Assembly: GCA_048938445.1 (NCBI GenBank)
Contig: JBHLME010000014.1
Span: forward strand, 1-50,002
DNA length: 50,002 nucleotides
Reading direction: 5' to 3'
Origin: Promethearchaeota archaeon
GTDB taxonomy: Archaea > Asgardarchaeota > Lokiarchaeia > Sigyniarchaeales > SOKP01
Both the position numbers and the translations under genes were made by a program. Below are positions 1 through 9,236 of this stretch, in pieces. Below the pieces are notes generated by a model that made no database searches, was not told where the DNA came from, and saw only the letters and a program-made list of their open reading frames with translations. Position 1 is the stretch's first letter. Each line of letters starts with the position of its first letter.

Positions 1-236
1 GTCTTTCAATCTTATCTTAATTAGATGGTTAATTTCATGCTCCATAATTAGAATACAACCCTTTATTTTTTTATTTTGGATCTTTTAAACCCTTACTACC
101 TAAAAATACATATGAAATTTGGACTTATAAATTTAAGTCCTAATTTTTTTTCATTTTTTTAGGAAGCATTCTTCATTTTCTTATCTTTTGTGGTCTTGCT
201 TGTTGATAATTTCCATCATTTGCTACAAGAATATTA

Positions 237-272
237 CTAAACATTTGTTTAGATTTGGTCAACAATTGTTGA
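237..272. promoter_or_regulatory. Two palindromic boxes (ctAAACATTTGTTTag 237-252; tcAACAATTGTTga 259-272), candidate transcription-factor sites
   Basis: 259-272 is a perfect palindrome, 237-252 near-perfect; same core recurs at 375-386 and 9119-9130. Confidence 0.55.
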
Positions 273-338
273 TGATGTATCAAGAATTGATGCTTGACGG
301 TGGAAGGAGCGATTTTTTATACCAGTATTTATAGGCTA

Positions 339-434
339 AAACTTTAAATTAGTACGATGCCTATTAGTTCTATCAAACGTTTGTTTAAACAAATAAGCAC
401 TTGTTTTATTAAATTTTTGTGGATTTTTTAATAA
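339..434 (+). promoter_or_regulatory. Promoter/leader of plsC block: TATA-like TTTAAA (343-348) plus AAACGTTTGTTT box (375-386)
   Basis: Collinear similarity with 9082-9177 by hand alignment; lies directly upstream of the CDS. Confidence 0.65.
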
Positions 435-438
435 GGTC

Positions 439-2142
439 TTGGTGAATTTTATGGAAAAAGAAAAAAGCAACAAGAGTTTTCTTCAGTGGGAGCAAGAAGA
501 AAAGCCGAAGGGGGAGGAAGAGCTTCATTTTCAGAAACAGAGCAATGAGATGATGAATCAGATATTGAAACTTAATCCTATTGACCCAATCAATGATGTA
601 TATCGGAAATTCATCGATTTGATGAATCTGGAAGAGCAGGAGCAAGAGCTTCAGTGGTGGGCAGCAAATATTTACGTTCACTTCTTGACAAGATTTGTAT
701 GGCGCATCGAAGTGCAGAACGTTGACGGTCATATGTTCCCGCAGTATGGCAATAATAAAGGATATGGCGGTATCCTCGTCTCAAATCACGAATCGCACTT
801 TGACCCGTTTTTTGTGGGAAGTTCAACAGAAAATATAAGAATTAATTGGCTTTCGAAACGCGATAATTTCCGAACACCTCTTGTCAGGTCACTCTTTCGA
901 AATTTAGGCGCTTATGAACACAATAAAGATAACCTTCAAGAGACATGGGATAAATCCAAAAAACTCTTGGAGTCCGGTCAGTGGATTGGTATCTTTCCGG
1001 AGGGCACTCGAAATATAGATGGGTCTATGGGTCCTTTCAAAACAGGAGCCGTGCGCTTAGCCATTGAATGCGGGGTGCCGATTGTACCATCTTGTGTACT
1101 TGGTTCTCGTGATGTCTTACCGAAAGGAAGTATGATTCCGATGCCAAAAAAAGTAACGGTACGCATAGGAAAACCAATTTTTTATGAGCAATATTCTAAA
1201 GACGATATTACTTACGATTTAATTAGGAAATTATCAGACGAGTTGAGACAGGAAGTAGTTGATCTGATCGAAGGAAAGCACGACTACGCTTATTCTGTCT
1301 CGGAAATGAGAAAAAAATTAAGAACTCCAGAAGAACTTTCAATCGGGACTCCTGATAGTGCTCAAAAAGAGTCTAACAAATTTAATAAATATCTAAAACA
1401 TTATTGGAAGAGTTTTTTACAGCTCATTGATGATTCCTGGTACACTCTTATAAAAACAACCGAAGTGCTTGGAATTCGGCGACAATTTGAATTGCTCTGC
1501 TGGCAATTTAATGGACATTTCATAGACAAGTTAATGTGTAATTTATTGATACCATACAAGGCCGTGGATTATGATAAATACTTACCTAAAGAAGGTGGCG
1601 CCGTCGTATGCACTAACCATAATTCTGAATGGGATGTCATCATTAACGCTGTAGCCATCCAACAAGCAGGTCGTAGAGTGTATCAAATGGCCAAAGAATC
1701 ACTATTTCAAATGCCTATAGTCAATGCTTGGATAAGAACACACCTCGCATTTCCTCTGATGAGAGGAGAACATGATGAAGGAGCATATTGGTTTGCGAAA
1801 GAGCGGCTAAATGAAGGAGAACTTGTTCTTGTATATCCAGAAGGAACCACGGTTGGTGGTCCTGAAATACTGGAAGGTCATACAGGTGCAATGCGTTTAG
1901 CAATTGAATGCAAAGTCCCAATCATCCCGATAGGGATTACCGGCACGGAAAATACATATCCTAAACATGCCAAGATGCTTAATTTTGGAAAGGGAAGCGT
2001 GTTCAAGATGGGTCCATTGTTCACTGAACATTCTCAATATTTTGATAAAACAATGCCTGATTATGATGAATTAAAGCGTCTCACGGATAATTTAATGAAA
2101 AAAATTGAAAACTTGCTCGTCTACAAGGATCCAAAAGTATAA
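439..2142 (+). CDS. plsC: Tandem two-domain lysophospholipid (1-acyl-sn-glycerol-3-phosphate) acyltransferase
   Basis: Domain 1 NHESHFD...FPEGTR; domain 2 NHNSEWD...YPEGT; both HxxxxD motifs intact; start may be ATG 451. Confidence 0.9.
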   Translation: MVNFMEKEKSNKSFLQWEQEEKPKGEEELHFQKQSNEMMNQILKLNPIDPINDVYRKFIDLMNLEEQEQELQWWAANIYVHFLTRFVWRIEVQNVDGHMFPQYGNNKGYGGILVSNHESHFDPFFVGSSTENIRINWLSKRDNFRTPLVRSLFRNLGAYEHNKDNLQETWDKSKKLLESGQWIGIFPEGTRNIDGSMGPFKTGAVRLAIECGVPIVPSCVLGSRDVLPKGSMIPMPKKVTVRIGKPIFYEQYSKDDITYDLIRKLSDELRQEVVDLIEGKHDYAYSVSEMRKKLRTPEELSIGTPDSAQKESNKFNKYLKHYWKSFLQLIDDSWYTLIKTTEVLGIRRQFELLCWQFNGHFIDKLMCNLLIPYKAVDYDKYLPKEGGAVVCTNHNSEWDVIINAVAIQQAGRRVYQMAKESLFQMPIVNAWIRTHLAFPLMRGEHDEGAYWFAKERLNEGELVLVYPEGTTVGGPEILEGHTGAMRLAIECKVPIIPIGITGTENTYPKHAKMLNFGKGSVFKMGPLFTEHSQYFDKTMPDYDELKRLTDNLMKKIENLLVYKDPKV

Positions 2143-2157
2143 CTGAAAACAATATTA

Positions 2158-3222
2158 ATGGGAATGAAGAGCATGGAAGCATTTGAAAAAAAAGAGATAC
2201 AAAAATTCAAGATTGGAATTCCACAGGCACTACATTTTTACAGGTATTTTCCTTTTTGGAAAAAAATTCTTGAAGAATTAGATGCGGAGATCGTGTTGAG
2301 TGGTCCTACGAATAAAAAGATCGTCGAAGAAGGGGTTCAACAAGGATTTGGCGAGCTATGTATCCCTGTCAAGCTTTATTATGGTCATGTATTAAAATTA
2401 ATTAGAGAACATCCCGATTTAGATTATCTTTTCGTTCCAAGATATGTTGCGGAGGTAGAGGACGCATATTTCTGTCCTAAATTCTTGTCTCTTCCTGATG
2501 TCATTAAAATCCTTCCTAATTGTCCCAAATTATTGAATTTTGAGGTAAACGTGAAGGAATTTCCGATTACAACCTCTGCGATTGAACTCGGCAAGCAACT
2601 TGGTAAGAGCCAAGCACGTTCTATAGAAGCCTATAATGCTGCGAAAAAGTATTATAAAGAATATCAAGATTTTTTACGAGAAGGAGCGTCGGTGAACCAT
2701 GCCTTGCGCCTTGTCAAGAGGGGGCTTCCTTTTAAATTGCCCAAAAAAAAACAGAAAAGTGATGTAAAGTTTTTTCTTTTAGGTCATGGATATAACATAT
2801 TCGACACCTTCATCAACCTTGATTTCCAGAAAAAACTCGCGGACCAAGGTGTCGAAGTGATCACGATTGAAAACTTGCCTGAAAAAATATTTAAAGTGCC
2901 CGTAGTAATAAACCGAAAACTTCGTAATTATTGGAGGCACGAGGAGGAAATCATGCAATCGATACGATATTTCCTTACTACAGGTAAGGATGAAATTGAT
3001 GGCGTTATTTTCCTCATCAGTTTCGCTTGCGGACCGGATTCTATAATTTCCGAACTTATCATGAGGGACATGAAAGTGGTGGGCTTGCCATTCTTGGAAA
3101 TCATTATGGATGAGCATTCAGGAGAAGCTGGGCTTTTAACAAGAATCGAAAGCTTTACAGAAATGATACGGCGTAAAAAGAAGAAATTGGATATGGAAAC
3201 AGAAAAAGGGAAAGTATCCTAA
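2158..3222 (+). CDS. DUF2229-type acyl-CoA dehydratase/reductase-related subunit (plasmalogen synthase Red1-like)
   Basis: IGIPQAL..YFPFW, LCIPVKLYYGHV, FCPKF, FACGPDS, DEHSGEAGLLTRIESF motifs. Confidence 0.8.
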   Translation: MGMKSMEAFEKKEIQKFKIGIPQALHFYRYFPFWKKILEELDAEIVLSGPTNKKIVEEGVQQGFGELCIPVKLYYGHVLKLIREHPDLDYLFVPRYVAEVEDAYFCPKFLSLPDVIKILPNCPKLLNFEVNVKEFPITTSAIELGKQLGKSQARSIEAYNAAKKYYKEYQDFLREGASVNHALRLVKRGLPFKLPKKKQKSDVKFFLLGHGYNIFDTFINLDFQKKLADQGVEVITIENLPEKIFKVPVVINRKLRNYWRHEEEIMQSIRYFLTTGKDEIDGVIFLISFACGPDSIISELIMRDMKVVGLPFLEIIMDEHSGEAGLLTRIESFTEMIRRKKKKLDMETEKGKVS

Positions 3223-3451
3223 AAATGTCTTTCTGAATTTAACAAGATTCTTCTATGTTGTACTATTTACTACTCCTAATTATTTCATTTTCTTTCTTGG
3301 ATGAGATTATTGATTATTTTATATCAAAAATTACACTTAATTTACTCTCAACATTATAAAAGAAGAAGATATATATAGAACGTTATATAATGATATTCAA
3401 AAAAAGATCACTAAATTAGAATTTAATTTATGATAAAAGAGAGCACGATTA

Positions 3452-4456
3452 ATGATGATTAGTAGTGAATTTCCACCTAATTTTACCTCCGAGCAACTTA
3501 TTAACTTGTATAAAAAAATGTTGGTGATTCGTGAATTTGAGAAAAGAATTTCTAAAGATGTGGGTCGAATTAATTCTGTTTTAGTTCATGCTTATACAGG
3601 TCAGGAGGCCATTGCTGTTGGAGCTTGTGCCGCGATTAATGAAGATGATTACATTACATCTACACACAGGGGCCATGGTCATTTTATTGCCAAGGGTGGG
3701 GATGTTAACTCGTTAATGGCAGAAATATATGGAAAAGAGGGTGGAATTTGTAAGGGTAGAGGAGGTTCGATGCATGTTGCAGATTTTTCAAAAAACATGC
3801 TTGGAGCAAATGGTATTGTCGGAGCAGGACCTCCATTAGCCTTAGGAGTCGCTTTAGCTTCAAAAATGAGAAAAGAAGGTAAGGTCGTTCTTACTTTTTT
3901 TGGTGACGGGGCATCAAACCAAGGTATGTTGCATGAATCGATGAATTTAGCAGCGACTTGGAAGCTTCCTGTAGTTTTTATTTTAGAAAACAACAATTAT
4001 GGCTGGAGCGCTCATACCAATAAGGTAACAGCAATAAAAGATTTGTCACTTCGAGCGCAAGGGTATGGATTTAAAGGCATTACCATAGATGGTAATGATG
4101 TCATCCAAGTATATAATGCTACAAAAGAAGCTGTCGATTATGCACGTGAAGGAGGTGGTCCTACACTAATAGAATGCAAGACATATAGATGGTCGGGACA
4201 AACTATAACAGACGCTGATGACTATCGTTCGAATGATGAAAAGGAAGAAGCAAAAACCAGATGTCCGATTGAGCTTTATAAAACAAGGCTCATCCGGGGA
4301 GAAATAATTGATCAAAACATGATTCAAGAAATTGAAGAAAAGGTATTAGGAGAAATTGAGATCAGCGTTAAATTTGCGAAAAAAAGCAAGAAACCTGATG
4401 TTGATGCCGTATTAAATGATATTTATAAAAATCCAATAAACTTGGGAGGTCGATAA
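3452..4456 (+). CDS. TPP-dependent 2-oxoacid/acetoin dehydrogenase E1 alpha subunit
   Basis: GQEA, STHRGHGH, GRGGSMH, GDGASNQG...ENN TPP motif. Confidence 0.92.
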   Translation: MMISSEFPPNFTSEQLINLYKKMLVIREFEKRISKDVGRINSVLVHAYTGQEAIAVGACAAINEDDYITSTHRGHGHFIAKGGDVNSLMAEIYGKEGGICKGRGGSMHVADFSKNMLGANGIVGAGPPLALGVALASKMRKEGKVVLTFFGDGASNQGMLHESMNLAATWKLPVVFILENNNYGWSAHTNKVTAIKDLSLRAQGYGFKGITIDGNDVIQVYNATKEAVDYAREGGGPTLIECKTYRWSGQTITDADDYRSNDEKEEAKTRCPIELYKTRLIRGEIIDQNMIQEIEEKVLGEIEISVKFAKKSKKPDVDAVLNDIYKNPINLGGR

Positions 4457-4457
4457 A

Positions 4458-5444
4458 ATGACTGAAGGATCGGTTAAAATGAAGGGATTGGAGGCCATTC
4501 GGCTAGCGATTGAAGAAGAAATGGAGTCTGACGAATCAGTATTCATGTTAGGAGAGGATATTGGAGAATTTGGGGGTTGTTTTAAAGTTACAAAAGGATT
4601 AATAGATAAATTTGGTCCTGAGAGAGTTCGAGATACCCCAATTAGTGAAAATGCCATTTTAGGCTGTGCTGTGGGAGCAGCAATGGCAGGAATGCGACCC
4701 ATCGCAGAGATCATGTTCGCAGACTTTTTGTGTGTGGGCATGGAAATGATCGTGAATCAAGCAGCAAAAGCACGGTACATGTATGGGGGTCAAATTGACG
4801 TTCCTGTCACAATAAGAGTTCCATTTGGAACAGGAATAAAGGGTGCTGCCCAACACTCGCAGTCATTTGAATCCTGGTTTATGCATATCCCGGGATTGAA
4901 AGTTGTCTTACCTTCACACGCAAGTGATTTTAAGGGTTTGCTAAAGACTGCCATTCGGGATGATGATCCCGTCATTTTCTTTGAAAATAAGAAATGTTAT
5001 TACTATACCGAAGAGGTGCCTTTAGACAAGAATTTTACCATACCATTTGGTCAAGCAAAGAAATTCACTGAAGGAGATGACGTGACAATCGTGGCAACTG
5101 GAGCAATGGTCCACGAAAGCATTATGGCTGCTAAAAATTTAAAAAAGGAAAACATAAACTGTGAAGTCATAGATCCAAGGACCTTAGTTCCATTAGATAA
5201 AAACACAATCCTCAATTCAGTTAAAAAAACAGGGTTATTAGTCATTGTAGATGAAGGGTGTAAAACTTGTTCCGTAAGTGCAGAGATTGCAGCACTTGTA
5301 GCTGAGGAGGGATTTGACTATTTAAAGCAAAAAATTGTAAGAATAAATACCCCAGATGTTCCAATTCCATACGCTCCAATTTTAGAAAAACAAATCATTC
5401 CAAGTGCGTCGTTAATCGAAGATATAGTTAAACAGCAATTTTAA
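4458..5444 (+). CDS. 2-oxoacid/acetoin dehydrogenase E1 beta subunit
   Basis: GEDIG, DTPISENAI, AEIMFADF, AAQHSQ, DPRTLVPLD; GGAGG RBS upstream. Confidence 0.92.
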   Translation: MTEGSVKMKGLEAIRLAIEEEMESDESVFMLGEDIGEFGGCFKVTKGLIDKFGPERVRDTPISENAILGCAVGAAMAGMRPIAEIMFADFLCVGMEMIVNQAAKARYMYGGQIDVPVTIRVPFGTGIKGAAQHSQSFESWFMHIPGLKVVLPSHASDFKGLLKTAIRDDDPVIFFENKKCYYYTEEVPLDKNFTIPFGQAKKFTEGDDVTIVATGAMVHESIMAAKNLKKENINCEVIDPRTLVPLDKNTILNSVKKTGLLVIVDEGCKTCSVSAEIAALVAEEGFDYLKQKIVRINTPDVPIPYAPILEKQIIPSASLIEDIVKQQF

Positions 5445-5479
5445 TAAATTTAAATTATTAAATCAAAAACTCTTAGTAT

Positions 5480-6811
5480 TTATTCTTGATTTACATAATT
5501 TAAGTAATAATTTTTAATATTCTCGAGATATTTTGGTATTTTTCTATACCAATTGGTCTCTAAATCTTCCAAATTATCATACTGAATGTAAAAGTAAGGG
5601 GAAAGATCAAAAGGAGCACTCTTCTGCCTTTTTTCATTATTAAATAAAATGACTTTTTTTCCTAAAGAAAGAAACATTCCTGTTTCCAGGTATGCATTGA
5701 CATTAGGAGGATTGAGTATTAATAAACCAAAATCGTATGAACGTGCTATCCTACAGAAATCACACGTTTTAATATCCAAACCTGTCACCTCAGATGGAAA
5801 ATCGATTTTAATCAATGAATCCTTGTTCTGAATATCAATTAAAGATTTAATTGTATCAATTTCTTGAGAATATTCACTTTTAGTATCATTTGGAAATTCA
5901 TACATGACAAATCCATTAATGGATGGCTCTTCTATTTTCTGTTTTATTTTATCAATTTTACTGCAAAATGCATCTAGTTCTTCGTGTAAAGGACAGTTAA
6001 GGAACTTTTGTTTATAAAGATAATCTCTTAATTGTTTTTTGTTCTCAACCAGCGCCTTTTGAGATAAAATAATGTCATTATTCAATTGTTCATCTAATTC
6101 TTTGACCTTTATTAATGTTTTATTAAGGTCATATTTAATAGAAAAATCATGTGCTTTATCAATTATGAGTTTAGCAGCAGAAAAATCGTGGTTATATGTA
6201 CGATTCTTTGCTTCTCCTAAAAGTTCCATTATGAAAATAATCTGATCTTCTATAGAAATATCTTCTTCTAGAGATGGAGATATTTCAAGAGATTCTTCTA
6301 TACCTATTATTTTATAAGCTAAAGAATTAAAGGCTTGTTCAACATTTTCTCCTGTCTTTGAAGACGTTTCAAAATAACCGACAAGATTATATGTTTTTAA
6401 TGCATTTTCAATTACACTTGAATTAACTGTATTAGGATGGTTTTCATTCACATATTTTTTTGTTCTAATTAAAACAATGGGCAAGTCTTTATATTCTTCA
6501 CGTAAAAGCGAAATCCATTCTTCAATACTATTAAGAGCATCTTGTTTAGTACCATCAAACATTAATAAAGCACCATTGGCGCCCCTAACATATACATTTA
6601 ATAAATATCTAAATCTTATAGCACCGTTTAAATCCCAAATATGAAATTTTACTGTATACCCATTAATTATAATTTCTTTTACATAGAAATTCACACCAAG
6701 AGCAGAATCAGAACCTTCACTATATCCTCCCCGAGCATGTCTACTTATAAGATCTGTCTTTCCAACCCCTGAATCTCCCGCTACAACTACTTTTAATGTA
6801 TAATCCGTCAT
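5480..6811 (-). CDS. Rab-like small GTPase fused to helical linker and C-terminal nucleoside 2-deoxyribosyltransferase/TIR-like domain
   Basis: KVVVAGDSGVGKT, IWDLNG, ETSSKTGENV; C-terminal NVNAYLETGMFLSLGKKVILF...PFDL...IQY; start placed at ATG 6811 (ORF open to 6904). Confidence 0.75.
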   Translation of the reverse strand: MTDYTLKVVVAGDSGVGKTDLISRHARGGYSEGSDSALGVNFYVKEIIINGYTVKFHIWDLNGAIRFRYLLNVYVRGANGALLMFDGTKQDALNSIEEWISLLREEYKDLPIVLIRTKKYVNENHPNTVNSSVIENALKTYNLVGYFETSSKTGENVEQAFNSLAYKIIGIEESLEISPSLEEDISIEDQIIFIMELLGEAKNRTYNHDFSAAKLIIDKAHDFSIKYDLNKTLIKVKELDEQLNNDIILSQKALVENKKQLRDYLYKQKFLNCPLHEELDAFCSKIDKIKQKIEEPSINGFVMYEFPNDTKSEYSQEIDTIKSLIDIQNKDSLIKIDFPSEVTGLDIKTCDFCRIARSYDFGLLILNPPNVNAYLETGMFLSLGKKVILFNNEKRQKSAPFDLSPYFYIQYDNLEDLETNWYRKIPKYLENIKNYYLNYVNQE

Positions 6812-6959
6812 GATTTTTAGATGATAACCCAGAGGATTTCTTTTTAAAAATAATTTAAAAAAATATTGAATATAATTAAATTTAAAATTTATTGTTTTCT
6901 CCATTTGCGGAGAGGATATGCAAAAATTTACTTATATAATACATTTAAATTTTGTTTAA

Positions 6960-7080
6960 AAAGGGGGCTCCTGCTACCAAGACCAACTACGGTCCCTAAT
7001 TGAAATAGAATGAGCAAGTTGAATGCAATCGTATTTCTACAATAACCAAAAGACAAAAATCCAAGATGGTAGCAGAAACC
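6960..7080 (-). ncRNA. Candidate structured RNA element of unknown class
   Basis: On - strand GGUUUCUGCUACCA pairs over 14 bp (2 G-U) with UGGUAGCAGGAGCC, enclosing further hairpins, followed by CCC and a U tract. Confidence 0.35.
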
Positions 7081-7560
7081 ATTTTTTTTAAAGAATATTC
7101 TCTTTTTAGAATTTCAATTCACTTCCTATTTTAGGGATCTTTCCCTATCGTGACTTTATGGAGATCTTACTGTTTATAGGAAAAAATTCAGCATTAGAAC
7201 ATCATAACAAACTATTCCAAGCACTCTGAAACCAGGGATAATAGTTATAACTCTAATTAAGAACCTTTTCCTTTCGAAATGTAACGCCTCTCTTTGATTG
7301 TAAAGTCATATTTTAAATATATAAAAAAAAGATTCGAATGGTATTATATAAAATAGTGTGGAATGATATTGAAGGAAAGTATTTTTTTTAAATAAACAAT
7401 TCCAGATTGTTTCTTCATTCATCTGAGTATATTGCAATATTCAAGGCTTGCAGATCTGATGAGCCCATTATTTCTTCTCTTATAAAAATTTGGAAAGGAT
7501 AAAAAAAAGAAAAAAAAAAGTGAGTTAAAGTTATTTTATTTTAATGGTTTTTCAGATGCT

Positions 7561-8118
7561 TTAAGGTGTTTTGAACAATTTATTTCTTTTAATCAATATA
7601 AAACTGATTAAGCCTATTATAGCTATACCAGCAAAAATTAGAAAATAATTTCCAAATGGTATGAAGGGTAAACCAACGTTGCACCCTTGCGTAGCACTTG
7701 AAGATAATGTATAAGGAATATCAGTGCCCGCATTAATGAGCTCAATTTTAATGTAATAATAACCATCAGTAGTAATGCAATCGTAATTGATTGTTTCTCT
7801 ATTTGAGGAACCCGTGCTCGAATCAATTACAATCTCATTAAAATCATATAAATATAGTTCAATATCATAAACAGAACTACTCCAATCGATCTGAACTGTC
7901 AGAGCGTGCCCAGTATTCAAATATACTTTAAACCAATCATCATCATATTGACTTATCTGTAAAGTACCATAATAAGTAGTTAAAGCAATTGTATAAGCGT
8001 CGTTAAATGTATCATTCTCTTCATAAGAATCATCAGCTTTAGCGATAGCAATGCTGGAAAAACATATCAAGAAAAAAACACTCAGTCCAAATAATATTAG
8101 TTTTTTAGGTTTTATCAT
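7561..8118 (-). CDS. Secreted, membrane-anchored PPC (pre-peptidase C-terminal)-like domain protein with Loki-type C-terminal anchor
   Basis: Signal peptide; DDSYEENDTF, DDDWFKV, DIELYLYD motifs; IPFGN + TM helix + basic tail. Confidence 0.7.
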   Translation of the reverse strand: MIKPKKLILFGLSVFFLICFSSIAIAKADDSYEENDTFNDAYTIALTTYYGTLQISQYDDDWFKVYLNTGHALTVQIDWSSSVYDIELYLYDFNEIVIDSSTGSSNRETINYDCITTDGYYYIKIELINAGTDIPYTLSSSATQGCNVGLPFIPFGNYFLIFAGIAIIGLISFILIKRNKLFKTP

Positions 8119-8366
8119 TTTTCTTTCGCCATTTTAAATTTGGATAGTCAATTTAAATTTTATAACTTGACAATTTAAAAGTTTTGAAAAAATTTTGATT
8201 GATTGAATTTATTTTTCAATGAAAACTTGAAATTTTAATAATTTACTTCAAGAATTTACCAGATGCCTTTAAATATATTCCTGTTGAATTATATTGATGT
8301 GAGTAAAATTTAAAAAAAAATTAATTATACGTAATAATAGAATAAATAATACATATTTAAGAATAA

Positions 8367-8975
8367 ATGTCGCTAAAAGATGGAATAGACAGTAATGAAT
8401 TGAAAATAAGAAGAGAATTAAGAAAAATTGCCCGTGAGCGTCAAAAGTTTGCTACGGGAATAACACTTGGATTCTTGTCAATCTCATTGGTTTTTTATAA
8501 CTTAATCTATTTTTTCTCAGAACAAAGACTATTTTTTTTTATAATCCTGATTGTTTTAAGCGTCGTAATAAATGTCACCATTTTAACCCTTGTTACTTTT
8601 ATTTTTAGTTCCATCATCCTATCTATTGAAGAAATTAATGATTTTAACAAGAAATACAATAATAGCATCCATCTGGACGATATATGGACAAAATCATTCC
8701 AAAAACCTAGGAGGTTTAACAACATCTTAAGTTTTATTATCCTATTTCTTCTCAATCCAATTATAATTTCATTATTGATCGTGATTGAGCCGATTGGATT
8801 TTATATTAGTTTCGTTGTCAATCTCATTTTGAACTTGATATTTATTCATACGTCAAAAGAATTTTTAAAAGAGGTTTCTAATTACCTATCAGGTTCAAAA
8901 AAATTTATCTACGGTGTTTGGATATTCTCTTTACTAATTCCACTCATATTTGTCATTTTTTATAAATTTCTGTGA
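8367..8975 (+). CDS. Hypothetical multi-pass membrane protein
   Basis: 202-aa ORF with about five hydrophobic segments. Confidence 0.6.
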   Translation: MSLKDGIDSNELKIRRELRKIARERQKFATGITLGFLSISLVFYNLIYFFSEQRLFFFIILIVLSVVINVTILTLVTFIFSSIILSIEEINDFNKKYNNSIHLDDIWTKSFQKPRRFNNILSFIILFLLNPIIISLLIVIEPIGFYISFVVNLILNLIFIHTSKEFLKEVSNYLSGSKKFIYGVWIFSLLIPLIFVIFYKFL

Positions 8976-9081
8976 TTTTCCTCTCTTAATTATTTATTAT
9001 TATTTTTATTTAAATGAAAGGACTCCAAACTTACATAAATGCTTTTTTTTATCTGAAATGAATATATATTTTTTATAGTGT

Positions 9082-9177
9082 AAAGTTTAAATTACTTAGA
9101 TCCCTATTTATTTTATTAAAACAATTGTTTGATCAAATAGATACTTCTTTATTAAAAAAGTGTTAATTTTTTAATAA
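9082..9177 (+). promoter_or_regulatory. Promoter/leader of activase block: TTTAAA (9086-9091) plus perfect palindrome AAACAATTGTTT (9119-9130)
   Basis: Homologous to 339-434. Confidence 0.65.
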
Positions 9178-9236
9178 ATATTTTAAATTCAATCTTTTAT
9201 AACGAGAAAATAGCGTCTCTAGAGGATTCAGTTAAA

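Noticed and set aside
1-45. Possible start of a - strand CDS (MEHEINHLIKIRLKD)
   Set aside because: Only 15 codons visible
121-140. Hairpin GGACTTA-N6-TAAGTCC followed by a T tract
   Set aside because: Single short inverted repeat at the window edge; function cannot be assigned
6812-6904. 31-aa N-terminal extension of the GTPase ORF
   Set aside because: AT-rich, promoter-like sequence; the Rab fold starts naturally at Met 6811
7445-7500. Hammerhead ribozyme (CTGATGAG at 7457)
   Set aside because: No stem II followed by GAAA could be built
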